A program made the position numbers and the translations under genes. Shown in pieces: positions 18,626 through 29,140 of a stretch of 64,000 nt of DNA. Each line of letters begins with the position of its first letter. Positions within the stretch are counted from its first letter, which is position 1. Origin of the DNA: an uncultured Phycisphaerales bacterium (GTDB taxonomy: Bacteria > Planctomycetota > Phycisphaerae > Sedimentisphaerales > Anaerobacaceae); contig OY970359.1 in the NCBI GenBank assembly GCA_963718665.1, positions 800,001 through 864,000 of the forward strand. Direction: 5' to 3'. The notes beneath the pieces were generated by a model. The model searched no databases, was not told the origin of the DNA, and worked only from the letters and a program-made list of their open reading frames with translations.

Positions 18626-18994
18626 TCAGCTTAATCCGACCAGTATTGTGCCGCCGACAATCAGCACAACGCCCACCCATCGCCGCAGCCCAATCTGCTC
18701 CTTCAACAGCAGCCGGCAGAATACCATTATAATTACTAGTTCCAAACTACTGATGAGGTAGGCCATGCTGACATCCAATGTTCTCAACGCGAATGTCCAG
18801 CAAAACCCCGCCACCACGAAACACGCCACGCCCAAACTGACCAATTTGTATCGTTTCAGGGCCAGTCGCAGTACCGCAAAGGTCGTGTGGTTGTAACGGC
18901 CAAAATCCACCGATTGCTTGAATGCAACATGGCCCAGCCCCTCGGTGATGACCGATCCCAGAACCAACAGCAGTCCAGGCAGGCGTTCTATCAT
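18626..18994 (-). CDS. SMR/EamA-like small transporter (ArnE/ArnF-like flippase subunit)
   Basis: 122 aa, 4 TM, ALRTLDVSMAY...LLKEQIGLRRWVGVVLIVGG. Confidence 0.8.
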   Translation of the reverse strand: MIERLPGLLLVLGSVITEGLGHVAFKQSVDFGRYNHTTFAVLRLALKRYKLVSLGVACFVVAGFCWTFALRTLDVSMAYLISSLELVIIMVFCRLLLKEQIGLRRWVGVVLIVGGTILVGLS

Positions 18995-19461
18995 AGCATG
19001 GTTTCCGATGGTTGGCCTGGCATTGCGCGAGGCGAGGGCATATGAGGAGCCCTCGTGTTATGATCGGTGCTGCTGATGAACCAGACCCCAACCAGGATCA
19101 TGACAATGCCTACCATCCGCATCACGCCAACCTTCTCACCGAAGAACATAACTGAGCAGGCAACCACCGAGACCAAACTCAAGGCGGTGATCGGTCGGGC
19201 GTAGCTGAGGTCCGCCTTGGCAAGCAGAAGAATCCAGAAAATGAATTGGACTCCAAAAATGCTCAACAGGAAGTAGAATATCGGTTGAACCGTCACTGTC
19301 CGCACCGTTTCCATGAAACCGGCTGACTCCGGCACGCCAAGGACAACAGATTTCCACACCATTTGCGCCACCGTCTCCACCACGATGGTAATGGTTAGAA
19401 TCAACCAAACCATACGTGGAAACTTCGCGATGTTCTTACCGGCTTGTGGGAGATGCTCCAT
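18991..19461 (-). CDS. SMR/EamA-like small transporter (ArnE/ArnF-like flippase subunit)
   Basis: WILLLAKADLSYARPITAL...FFGEKVGVMRMVGIVMILVGV; 4-bp overlap with partner gene. Confidence 0.8.
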   Translation of the reverse strand: MEHLPQAGKNIAKFPRMVWLILTITIVVETVAQMVWKSVVLGVPESAGFMETVRTVTVQPIFYFLLSIFGVQFIFWILLLAKADLSYARPITALSLVSVVACSVMFFGEKVGVMRMVGIVMILVGVWFISSTDHNTRAPHMPSPRAMPGQPSETML

Positions 19462-19534
19462 CAGACATTTCCTATTTGATCCGATATTTCCGACTTAATG
19501 CTTTTTCGACTTTCAACTCCATTATTCGCGGCAG

Positions 19535-20206
19535 CTAAAGTAGGCCCTGTTCCTTATAACGCCGTTTCACGTCAGGAAAATGCTTTGCAATTGCGTGTTC
19601 TGCTAGATTACGGATTGGTCCTCCGTATATCATCCCATGTTCCAAATGGTTGCACAAGTACTCAAGTTGAAAATACCGACATACGGCATGTCCGACGTCA
19701 GTATATGCGTTGGCGCATATCTCTCTCACAAATATTCCCCGACAGGACAAGTCATCAATAAGCTGAAAGATACTTTTGAATAATAGCTGGACGCTTCGCA
19801 GTTTCCTGAACGAAGGATGCATACATATCTGTGAAAAGTAAATATCATAAAAGCCGGGAGGACCAAAAAATTGAACTTTGTCAATAGTAATCTGGCTGTC
19901 GAGTAATCTGCCGCGTTTGGCAACAGCATAATCTTCAGGAAGCAACGGAGCAAAATGCCAGTAACCCACAATGCTCCGCGGTTTGTTAACTAACAAACGC
20001 CAAGTGTCAGGTTGGTTCATGAAAACTGGCGCCCATTGAGCTATATCACCTTCGTGTTTAAGAACCAAACCCGGAATCGTCATGTAGTCGAGTCGGATAA
20101 GTTCGTCCACCAGCATTCGGCCATTCCATCCCCACGATAGGACATCCTGAACCCCGGCAACGGTAATACCAAGTGCACCCATAGTTTTATTAATATTTCC
20201 CTTCAA
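19535..20206 (-). CDS. Hypothetical protein, possibly GNAT-like fold
   Basis: 223 aa ORF; IVGY...ICMHPSFR pattern resembles GNAT motif A. Confidence 0.55.
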   Translation of the reverse strand: MKGNINKTMGALGITVAGVQDVLSWGWNGRMLVDELIRLDYMTIPGLVLKHEGDIAQWAPVFMNQPDTWRLLVNKPRSIVGYWHFAPLLPEDYAVAKRGRLLDSQITIDKVQFFGPPGFYDIYFSQICMHPSFRKLRSVQLLFKSIFQLIDDLSCRGIFVREICANAYTDVGHAVCRYFQLEYLCNHLEHGMIYGGPIRNLAEHAIAKHFPDVKRRYKEQGLL

Positions 20207-20332
20207 TTCAACAAGCCCTATAATACGAATTTTATAGTGCTTTGTTTATAGTTTTTTGCATAGTTTTTTCATCCATGGTTATATTTTAGACGGCAGAGTT
20301 TGACTTCAAATTTTCACGGCAATATATATGTC

Positions 20333-20379
20333 CCCAAGTTAACAAGAACCTTTCTTCAAGATTACATTTTTGTAATGTT
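20333..20379 (-). promoter_or_regulatory. 47-bp element with ATTACA-N4-TGTAAT palindrome (putative response-regulator box/promoter), copy 1
   Basis: 46/47 identical to the reverse complement of 22821-22867. Confidence 0.75.
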
Positions 20380-20382
20380 CAG

Positions 20383-20517
20383 CAACCCACCAAAACACTC
20401 CCAACATAGGAATTATATCGCGGAACCAAAGGAAGGTTGACCAATTTCAACAAGACACGCTACTTGTAATATCAAATTCACCAAAAACTTAGCATCAAAT
20501 AAGTTTTTTATGGTACG
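20383..20517 (+). repeat. Repeat A copy 9 (left-truncated, diverged)
   Basis: cccaacataggaattatatcgcggaaccaaagg...aaacttagcatcaaataagttttttatggtacg. Confidence 0.85.
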
Positions 20518-20633
20518 CGATATCGCTGGCTGTTATTAGTTCCTCAAAAAATTTCAAAATAAAACTCTTATTCACTCAGCATAGATTATAATATCCTGTA
20601 AAAATAATCCTTTACTGCAAAGGAAAACAAGCT

Positions 20634-22095
20634 GTGCTGGCGGGAAAAATTAACGTTTTGCGGCAAGATATCGCTTTCAGATTAAGTCTCTGGTATGCCC
20701 TTATTCTGCTGCTGCTGTTTACAATATCTTTTATATCCTTCTCTTTGCTGGCCAAGACCGGAATGGGGAAAAATGCGGAAAAGGATACGTTAGCCGATGT
20801 TGATGAATGTAAATCCATATTCCAGTCCGAGGGGTTAGAGGGTCTGCGTAAGGAGTTTCTTTTGCAAGCACATGCCGCTGGCAAAGGAAATATCAGCCTA
20901 AGTGTTCTGAATTCTAAAGGCCTGATACTTATAATTTCAGATTCGCCAAAATGGCAAAATTTTGCCGTTCAACCTGACAGGCTGAACCTTGCACTTGACC
21001 GAGACAAACCGGTGGTGGACATTATCAAAGTTCCTAGTTTTAAGAACAAGGCTATTGTTGTTTATGCCCGTTTGTCGCCGGACAAAATACTGAGAATTGC
21101 CCATCTTTTACGCCAGGATGAAAATTTCCTTTACGACCTGCAGAAAACCCTGATAGTCGTCATGGCAATTACACTGGTAACTGTTATTATCGCCGGCTGG
21201 TTTATACTGAAGCAGGTCATCGGGCGAGTAGTTGTGGTAACCAATACCGCCTTGTCCATCAAGGGCAGCTCGCTGAGCAAACGGGTCCCTGTCAGCGGGC
21301 TGATGGATGAGGTTGATCGTCTTGCTCAAGCCTTTAATAACATGTTAGACAAGATTGAATCCCTCGTAAAAAGCCAGCAGGAAATAACCGACAACGTGGC
21401 CCACGACCTTAGAATCCCGCTGACAAGAATTCGCCTTATCGCTGAATCGCTTTTGACCGCACGAGGCGAAAAAACTGATTCACAAGAATCTGTTAGTATG
21501 ATAATAGAAGAATCCGACCGTCTTTTGGAAATGATTAATACAATGCTCGAAATCAAATCTATCGAGATGGGCATAGCTATATGGAACCTGACCGACGTCG
21601 ACATTGCCGAGGTCATAAAACAGGCGTGTGAATTCTTCCAGCTGGCGGCTGAGGACAAAGGACTTACTCTGAAGTTAAATCAAATTATATCTTTTGTGGT
21701 CAAAGCCGATCTGCGCTGTCTGCAGCGGGTCTTTTCCAACCTGATTGACAACGCTGTCAAATATACTCCGCCAGCGGGTAATATCGAGATTACCATGCGG
21801 GCCATCAATCATGAGATAGCTGTTGAAATTTCCGATACGGGAATCGGCATCGCACCCGATGCCCTACCACGAATATTTGAACGTTTCTACCGCGGTGACA
21901 AAAGCCGAAACGTCTCCGGATTGGGACTTGGCCTGAGCCTGGCGGAAACAATTATCAAAGCGACATGGCGGAAGAATTGAAGTTGAAAGTACGGTTGGCA
22001 ATGGAAGTACCTTTACCGTCTTTTTGCCCGGCTGCAGGCCGGCCAATAACATGACCAAAAAAGAGGAACTGTGTAATGAGAGCTCTGATAGTTGA
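20634..22095 (+). CDS. HAMP-domain sensor histidine kinase (1-nt insertion near 21963 truncates the ORF at 21980)
   Basis: DEVDRLAQAFNNML, NVAHDLRIPL, NLIDNAVKYT, DTGIGI, GLGLGL; shifted frame continues HGGRIEVESTVGNGSTFTVFLP. Confidence 0.92.
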
Positions 22096-22756
22096 AGATG
22101 ATGAGAAGATCGCCTCGTTTATCCTAAAGGGATTAAAAGAGAACGGCTTTGCTGTCGATCATACCGGCAATGGTGAAGACGGCCTTCACATGGCTTTGAC
22201 CGAGCCGTACGATGCTGCCATTATCGATATCATGCTGCCCAAGCTCGACGGCCTCACACTTATCAAAGAAATGCGGAAGAACAATATTAAGACCCCGGTG
22301 ATAATTTTAAGTGCCCGAGGCACCATTGATGACCGTGTAAAAGGTCTCCATGCAGGGGGCGACGATTACCTCACTAAGCCTTTTGCCTTTACCGAGCTCC
22401 TGGCCCGTGCCCAGTCCCTTATTCGAAGGGTCAGCGGCATCGCCGAACCCACCAGCTTATCTGTTCATGACATCTCTATGGATTTTCTCAGGCGGGAGGT
22501 TACCCGTGCGGGCAAAAAAATCGAACTCACGTCCCTTGAATTTGCGCTTCTCGAATACCTCATACGAAACGTCAACACCGTTATCTCCAAGACAATGATT
22601 ATGGAACATATATGGAAATATAATTTCGACCCGCAGACAAACATCGTTGATGTCCTGGTCTGCCGGGTGCGAAATAAGATCGACCGCGATTTCGGCGAGA
22701 AATTGATACATACTCTTCGCGGGGTCGGTTACATCCTTAAAACGCCTGAATTGTAA
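22076..22756 (+). CDS. OmpR/PhoB-family response regulator (CusR/CopR-like)
   Basis: IVEDD, DIMLPKLDG, DDYLTKPFAFTELLAR, FDPQTNIVDV, LIHTLRGVGY. Confidence 0.95.
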   Translation: MRALIVEDDEKIASFILKGLKENGFAVDHTGNGEDGLHMALTEPYDAAIIDIMLPKLDGLTLIKEMRKNNIKTPVIILSARGTIDDRVKGLHAGGDDYLTKPFAFTELLARAQSLIRRVSGIAEPTSLSVHDISMDFLRREVTRAGKKIELTSLEFALLEYLIRNVNTVISKTMIMEHIWKYNFDPQTNIVDVLVCRVRNKIDRDFGEKLIHTLRGVGYILKTPEL

Positions 22757-22820
22757 CACCGAAAAAGACAAAACCTTACAGATTTCCCTTCTTTCTTTTG
22801 ACCTCTTCAGCAAGCATCTT

Positions 22821-22867
22821 AACATTACAAAAATGTAATCTTAAAGAAAGGTTCTTGTTAACTTGGG
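22821..22867 (+). promoter_or_regulatory. 47-bp element with ATTACA-N4-TGTAAT palindrome, copy 2
   Basis: Inverted copy of 20333-20379, upstream of the radical SAM gene. Confidence 0.75.
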
Positions 22868-22978
22868 AAGCACATAATGCCATGTAAAGTCGTTTTCTGA
22901 AATCCGAAAGGATAAATTTGTGGTAAAGACGGCAAAGAAGACCTTGCATGAGCCAGATTTAACGTTCTTGGTGCGCGT

Positions 22979-24469
22979 ATGATAAAGTACAAGCATGTTC
23001 TCGCTCTGAACCCGTACTTTGGGGAAGCTACCGCTGCAATGGGGATTTTCCCACCAACAGGCCTTGAGTACATTGCCGCAAGCATGAAGGGCTTGGTAGG
23101 GAAGGTGACACTTCTGGACCTTCGCAATGAGAAGGCCTACCAGAACCCTAAGAATCTCAGTGAGTTCATCAGAGCTGAGATCGATTTGCTCTGCATCAGC
23201 ATCGGATGGGAAACTAAATTTAAGAAAATCTGTGATTTCGTCGCTCAATTGCCGCCTGAAGTCACCACAGTTGTCGGGGGCTACAAGGCCACTATGGAAG
23301 TTGAACATCTGTTCGACTGTTGTCCGAATATAGATATGGTCGTACGAGGTGAAGGTGAAGAGATTATACAGCAGATTGTCAAAGGGGTTCCGCCAGAGAA
23401 TATCCCCGGGTTGTCGTATCGGACAAATGGAAATATCGTTCACAACGAAAACTGTCCATTACCCGACATCACAAGCATTCCGTTTCCAGACCGGTCTCTT
23501 AGAAGGCATGATTATAACATGATAGTGCAGGATGTCCGCCTCAGCAGGCAGACATTTGACACGATATTGTCGGCAAGGGGCTGTCCGTTTAAATGCAAGT
23601 TCTGCACCTTTAGCCTCAATCCGCTCGGGCAGAAAAGAAGCTACACGGAACGGCCGGTCGAGTCGGTCATTGAAGAACTGAAGACGATTACCGCCAACGT
23701 CGTGCTTTTCAGCGATGACAACTTTTCCACAAACCCAAAGAGGAGTGAGAGACTTTGCGATCTGATCATCGCAAACAACATCAGGAAGACTTTTCTTATC
23801 CAAACCAGGATTGACATCGCCAATCATCCCGGGCTACTCGACAAGGCATGGAAAGCAGGATTCAGAATCTTTCTTATCGGAATCGAGTCCCCTCACGATT
23901 GGATTCTCGAACAGATTCAAAAGGGCATCACCCAACAGCAGATCCGGGATGCGTTTGCGGTACTGACACAGTATGACTTCTTTCTGCATGGGTATTTCAT
24001 CTACGGCAATATCGGCGAGACGGAAGAAGAAATGCTCTACATCCCGAAGTTTGCTAAGGAGCTCAAGCTGGATTCCATCAGTTTCCAGAAACTCCGCGTC
24101 GAGAAATTCTCACCCCTGAAGGAAATAGTTGAAACAACGCCGGGCTACTACTACAAACGTATCGGCGGTTCCGTCTATTCGGACCGTTACGGGCCTAAGG
24201 AACTTAAGCGAATCCGGAACAGAATCCGCTCGGCATTCTACGATCTCCCGCAGATTCTCCATATCGCCAAAAAGGCCGGGCGATTGGGCCTTTTCCGTTG
24301 GAGCGATTTGATGATTGCATTGCCTAATTTACCCCGCCTCGTGTATGGGTTGGCCAGACGAAAAACGCGAAAGAAAAAGTACGTCGTCAGCTTAAATGAG
24401 ACAGTAAAGAGGCCTGTTTTGGTTGACGACGTACATTACGGCAAGCTGACTTACTCAAAATTAATCTGA
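22979..24469 (+). CDS. B12-binding domain radical SAM protein
   Basis: PPTGLEYIAA, VVGG, VRGEGE, RGCPFKCKFC, FSDDNF, IGIES. Confidence 0.92.
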   Translation: MIKYKHVLALNPYFGEATAAMGIFPPTGLEYIAASMKGLVGKVTLLDLRNEKAYQNPKNLSEFIRAEIDLLCISIGWETKFKKICDFVAQLPPEVTTVVGGYKATMEVEHLFDCCPNIDMVVRGEGEEIIQQIVKGVPPENIPGLSYRTNGNIVHNENCPLPDITSIPFPDRSLRRHDYNMIVQDVRLSRQTFDTILSARGCPFKCKFCTFSLNPLGQKRSYTERPVESVIEELKTITANVVLFSDDNFSTNPKRSERLCDLIIANNIRKTFLIQTRIDIANHPGLLDKAWKAGFRIFLIGIESPHDWILEQIQKGITQQQIRDAFAVLTQYDFFLHGYFIYGNIGETEEEMLYIPKFAKELKLDSISFQKLRVEKFSPLKEIVETTPGYYYKRIGGSVYSDRYGPKELKRIRNRIRSAFYDLPQILHIAKKAGRLGLFRWSDLMIALPNLPRLVYGLARRKTRKKKYVVSLNETVKRPVLVDDVHYGKLTYSKLI

Positions 24470-24508
24470 GAGCAAAAAAATAGTGAATTCAGTTGAGTTT
24501 AATGGTGT

Positions 24509-26125
24509 GTGTGTTTTCAACAGCTTCACTATCCCCATTATTTGATGACTTTAGAGCTGACAAAAACAAAAGCATTCTTGATAGCCCTTCTTGTTTGGGC
24601 AGGGATATACCTTCCTTATTTGGGTGCGCCTGAATTTCAATGTGAAGAAGCCCGTGGAGTCCTTCCAGCCATAAATATGCTCAAAACCGGCAACTGGATA
24701 GTGCCTGTTGTTGGAGGCAGGGAATTTTACAGCAAGCCCCCCGGAATCAACTGGATAGTTGCTGCTTCATTTTTAATCACCGGCGAAAAAACGGAGTTTA
24801 CCGCCCGGCTTCCGACGGTCATGTTTATTTTGATATTTGCAGCACTTCTAATCTGGATGCCCGGTCCGTGGCTCAGCCTTCCGGCCAGATTTATTTCCAC
24901 ACTGGTTTTTCTGACAAGTATCGGCATAATAGAATGGGGCCGAATGATAGAAATCGAGGCCATCTACACGGTTTTGACAGGCCTATCAATTTTATGGTGG
25001 TTAAACATCTGGAGCCGCAACGGTTCCAAATGGCTATTGTGGATTGTACCTTCTGTCGTGATTGCTTACGGCTTTCTTACGAAAGGTCCCTTTATCGTGA
25101 TATTTTTTTACAGCACAATCTTTATGGTTTTGCTCTATAACAAAAGTCTTAAGGAGTTTTTTGTCGTTCCACATATTATCGGGATTGCTATTATGGTGTC
25201 TGTGAGTTTGGGCTGGCTGTACCTTGCCTTATCTCGCGCTTCGGCACCTGCCCTGTCCAGCGATATGATGGGGCAGTTTATTGGACATACCATATTCCAT
25301 AGTTTCAGCTTAATGCTCTTTGCTGACAAAATTGTAAAAGCCCTTGCGCTTTTGCTTCCATGGCTTATATTTTTGCCTATTTTATGGGATAAAAATATTG
25401 TGGAACGCCTTGAACCCCAGAATCGCAGCACATTCAAGGCCTGCAGGACGGCGTTGATAATCTGTTTTTTACTGCTTAATCTTATGCCGGGTGCCCAAGG
25501 ACGATACTCCCTTCCTCTTATCCCTTTGGCCGCTTATTTGCTGGGCTGGATATTATCACTTCATCAAGGATTTACCTTGTCTGACCGAGTATGGAAGAAT
25601 TTGCTTCTCGGATGTTTCATCGCATTACCCGTGACAGCGGTTGTGGGGTTGTTTGTGGTAACGGCAAAGTGGCCCGCCTTTATTGTAACTGCGGTGACTA
25701 TTTGTGTTGCAATCACCGTTTTCCTGAAGCGAGACCTGCTGCGAAACGCGCTTAATCTTTCTACGGCAACTGCCGTTGTGGTTGCCTTCTCTATGCTTCT
25801 GTATGCAGTATATGGTATATTTTTCGTCATACGTTATGAGGTAGATAGGCCCAGCGCGTATACAGTAAACAGGATTGTCCCTCAAGGCGATACTGTGTAC
25901 CTGTTTGATTCCAGATACCAGACTTTCTACTTTTATATTCGTCAGCCATTTAAGTATCTGGTGTCCGAAGATGAGATTGACAAAGACGTACACTATTTGG
26001 TTCTGGAAGAAAGAATCCTGCAGGATTTAGTAGCGAACCATCAGCTTTATCGGCGTTCGCCTAAAATCCTGTACGAATTTCCGGAAAAGATTCCGACGCG
26101 ATACAGGTTGGTCGAGCTGAATTGA
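24509..26125 (+). CDS. ArnT/PMT-family lipid-carrier-dependent glycosyltransferase
   Basis: EEAR...MLKTGNWIVP, KPPGINW, EFTARLP, LTKGP, RYSLP; many TM segments. Confidence 0.88.
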   Translation: MCFQQLHYPHYLMTLELTKTKAFLIALLVWAGIYLPYLGAPEFQCEEARGVLPAINMLKTGNWIVPVVGGREFYSKPPGINWIVAASFLITGEKTEFTARLPTVMFILIFAALLIWMPGPWLSLPARFISTLVFLTSIGIIEWGRMIEIEAIYTVLTGLSILWWLNIWSRNGSKWLLWIVPSVVIAYGFLTKGPFIVIFFYSTIFMVLLYNKSLKEFFVVPHIIGIAIMVSVSLGWLYLALSRASAPALSSDMMGQFIGHTIFHSFSLMLFADKIVKALALLLPWLIFLPILWDKNIVERLEPQNRSTFKACRTALIICFLLLNLMPGAQGRYSLPLIPLAAYLLGWILSLHQGFTLSDRVWKNLLLGCFIALPVTAVVGLFVVTAKWPAFIVTAVTICVAITVFLKRDLLRNALNLSTATAVVVAFSMLLYAVYGIFFVIRYEVDRPSAYTVNRIVPQGDTVYLFDSRYQTFYFYIRQPFKYLVSEDEIDKDVHYLVLEERILQDLVANHQLYRRSPKILYEFPEKIPTRYRLVELN

Positions 26126-26223
26126 CCGAAGTTAAATGGAGGCGATAGCCTATGGCCTATTTTGGTTAACGACATACATTACGGCAAGCCCTTTTTGAAC
26201 AAAAAAGCAAATAGTTCAGAGGA

Positions 26224-26318
26224 GAATTATATCGCAGAACCGAGGGGAAGCCTCAATAGTTTATAAGGCCAGATGTCCCATAAACTCAGCATAGGATGAG
26301 TTTTTTTATAGTACGGGA
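26224..26318 (+). repeat. Repeat A copy 10 (left-truncated, internal deletion)
   Basis: gaattatatcgcagaaccgaggggaag...ggatgagtttttttatagtacggga. Confidence 0.88.
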
Positions 26319-26465
26319 GTGTATTCGGGAAATATGCAATATTTGTCCACGAAATCCGTCTTGGTATTCAATTAAGGCAAAAGATCATTGAAAAATGTAA
26401 ACGGGTGAGGTTAGAATCGCGGAATTATTACGGGATAAAAAACAGGCGATAAAGGAGAAAAACAA

Positions 26466-27521
26466 ATGGTTACAAAAGAAACGGTCTTACAAAGTGTGCT
26501 GTCGATAACGGCGATTGTCTGCGTGGCAGCATTTTGCGGCGTCGCATCAGGCGAAGAGTCAAGTTACAAGCTGATTAAGAGGGTGCCGATAGGCGGCGAG
26601 GGCGGCTGGGATTATCTTGCCGTCGATAGCGCGACAAATCGATGTTATATCTCGCACGCCAATCACGTCGTTGTTTTTGATACGGAGAAAGAAAAAGTAA
26701 TCGGCGACATAAACAATACGCCCGGCGTGCACGGGATAGCAATCGCCGCGGGGCTTAATAAAGGTTACATAAGCAACGGCGGCGACAGCACGGTAACGGT
26801 TTTCGATACGGCGACGCTGAAAGAAACCGCCAGGATTAAGGTAGGCAACAGGCCCGACGCCATTTTGTTCGACCCGGCGACAAAACGCGTCTTCACATTC
26901 AACGCAGGCAGCAAAGACAGCACCGTTATCGACGCCGTTAAAGACATAAATATCGGCAATATACCTTTGGGCGGCAAGCCGGAATTCGCGCAATCCGACG
27001 AGAAGGGGCAGGTATTCGTCAATATGGAGGACAAAAACGAAATCGCCGTGATAGACGCCGAAAAGCTGACCGTTACGAACAATTGGCCGATTTCGCCCTG
27101 CGAATCACCCAGCGGATTGGCCATTGACCGCAAAAACAAGCGGCTCTTTTCGGTCTGCTCAAACGGCAAAATGGCGATAACCGATTACACAACGGGCAAG
27201 AGTTTAGCAACGCCTGCTATAGGCAGAGGGCCTGACGCGGCGGCTTTTGACCCCGAAACAGGTTTTGCATTCAGCTCCAATGGAATGGATGGGACATTGA
27301 CGGTGATAAAGGAAGCCCCGGCCGGCCAATTCAAGGTTGTCGAAACCGTGGCAACTGCGCCGATGGCGCGCACTATGGCGCTGGACCCGAAAACGCACAG
27401 GATATACCTTGTTACGGCGAAAGTAAAACCGCCCGCACCTGGAGAGCAACAGGGCGGACGCCGCAGAAACTTTGAGCCGGACTCATTTGAATTGCTGATT
27501 GTCGGTCCAGCCGCAAAATAA
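26466..27521 (+). CDS. Secreted YncE/YVTN-type beta-propeller protein
   Basis: GGEGGWDYL, GVHGIA, PDAILFDP, GKPEF, ARTMALDPKTHRIYL; signal peptide, AAGGAG RBS. Confidence 0.88.
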   Translation: MVTKETVLQSVLSITAIVCVAAFCGVASGEESSYKLIKRVPIGGEGGWDYLAVDSATNRCYISHANHVVVFDTEKEKVIGDINNTPGVHGIAIAAGLNKGYISNGGDSTVTVFDTATLKETARIKVGNRPDAILFDPATKRVFTFNAGSKDSTVIDAVKDINIGNIPLGGKPEFAQSDEKGQVFVNMEDKNEIAVIDAEKLTVTNNWPISPCESPSGLAIDRKNKRLFSVCSNGKMAITDYTTGKSLATPAIGRGPDAAAFDPETGFAFSSNGMDGTLTVIKEAPAGQFKVVETVATAPMARTMALDPKTHRIYLVTAKVKPPAPGEQQGGRRRNFEPDSFELLIVGPAAK

Positions 27522-27659
27522 AAAACGTTTACGCCGGGTTCATGATTTAACTTATGCCGGATAATACAGTTTGGCGTTGGCCGAAATACCCTGTTTTGAA
27601 GGGTTTTTGCCGAGGGTAACGGCGACAAGATTATAAAATGACAAGGATTTGAGCTAACA

Positions 27660-29033
27660 ATGCACTCGTTATATCGAACACTGCGGACAGCAATACGCTC
27701 TTTAAGACGGCATATTATGAGGTCGGCGCTGACCTGCTTAGGAATCGTTATCGGCATCGCATCCGTCATCGCGATAATCGAAATCGGTCAGGGGACAAAC
27801 TATTCGATACAGCAGACAATTGCTGCGATTGGCGCCAACGTAATACAGATTGACCCCAGCCAGGTGATTGTTGGAGGCGTGAGCACCGGGGCGGGAGGCA
27901 AGCCGACACTTAGCCCCGATGACTGCGACGCGATTCTACGGGAGTGCAGCGCGGTTCGCTGCGGCTCGCCGAGCGTCGATTGCAGAATGCAGATTGTTTA
28001 CAGCAATCGCAACTGGTCGCCGATGAACATACTGGGGGCATCGCCTGATTACCTGGTGGTCCGTAACTGGACAAACCTGGCCGAGGGAGAGGTGTTTACA
28101 GAACACGACGTGCGAAGCGGGGCACGGGTGTGCTTAGTCGGGCAGACGATTGTCAGAGAACTTTTCAAAGGTGAGAGCCCTGTCGGCAAAGAGATTCGCG
28201 TCAAGAACGTAGCGATGAAGGTGATTGGCGTACTCAGCGAAAAAGGCGCGAATATGATGGGCAGAGACCAGGATGATTTTGTTGTTGCGCCGTGGACTAC
28301 CGTCAAATTTCAGTTGTCGGGTTCAAGGCAATCCCAAACTGCCGTAACGACCACCCCGTCATCAACTACGCAGGAAAAAGCCCTTAGCCAACTCTACCCG
28401 GACCAGCAGGTCCAGCTTTACGCGCAACAGTCAGCTGCCCAGGCGGCAAACAGGCCTCAGATGACGCGTTTTAACGACCTCGACGATATCTGGGTTTCGG
28501 CGGCTTCGCAGGAAGAAATCCCACAGGCCATCCAGCAGATTACGAGCTTACTCCGCGAACGGCACCGGATACCAGAGGGCGCACCCGACGACTTCAGAAT
28601 CCGCGACCTGACGGAAATTTCACAGACACTGGCCTCGACACAGAAAACAATGATACACCTGTTGACATGCGTAGCGTTAATATCGCTGATAGTCGGCGGT
28701 GTTGGTATTATGAACATAATGCTGGCTTCGGTAATGGAGCGAACGAGAGAAATTGGCGTCCGGATGGCGATAGGCGCACGAGCTAGAGACATCCTTCGCC
28801 AGTTCCTGACCGAAGCTGTAATTCTTTGTCTTCTCGGTGGCGCGGCGGGCATACTGCTTGGCCGGGGCGCTTCAATAGCGGTTACGGTGTTTCTGAAATG
28901 GAAGACAATATCATCGGTGCCTGCGATAGTGGCTGCTTTCGTGGTCGCCGCCAGCGTGGGAATCATCTTCGGTTTTTATCCGGCGTGGAAGGCATCTCGC
29001 TTAGACCCTATTGAGGCCTTGCGTTACGAGTAG
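27660..29033 (+). CDS. MacB/FtsX-family ABC transporter permease
   Basis: [59 protein letters not shown]. Confidence 0.93.
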   Translation: MHSLYRTLRTAIRSLRRHIMRSALTCLGIVIGIASVIAIIEIGQGTNYSIQQTIAAIGANVIQIDPSQVIVGGVSTGAGGKPTLSPDDCDAILRECSAVRCGSPSVDCRMQIVYSNRNWSPMNILGASPDYLVVRNWTNLAEGEVFTEHDVRSGARVCLVGQTIVRELFKGESPVGKEIRVKNVAMKVIGVLSEKGANMMGRDQDDFVVAPWTTVKFQLSGSRQSQTAVTTTPSSTTQEKALSQLYPDQQVQLYAQQSAAQAANRPQMTRFNDLDDIWVSAASQEEIPQAIQQITSLLRERHRIPEGAPDDFRIRDLTEISQTLASTQKTMIHLLTCVALISLIVGGVGIMNIMLASVMERTREIGVRMAIGARARDILRQFLTEAVILCLLGGAAGILLGRGASIAVTVFLKWKTISSVPAIVAAFVVAASVGIIFGFYPAWKASRLDPIEALRYE

Positions 29034-29140
29034 TGAGAAGCCAGAGAACTCAACAAACTAAAGGCCAGCAAACCAGTTTGCTGCAAACGCCCGTAAGGTG
29101 CAAATATTCACATATTTATCAGCGATTAGATTCATCATGA

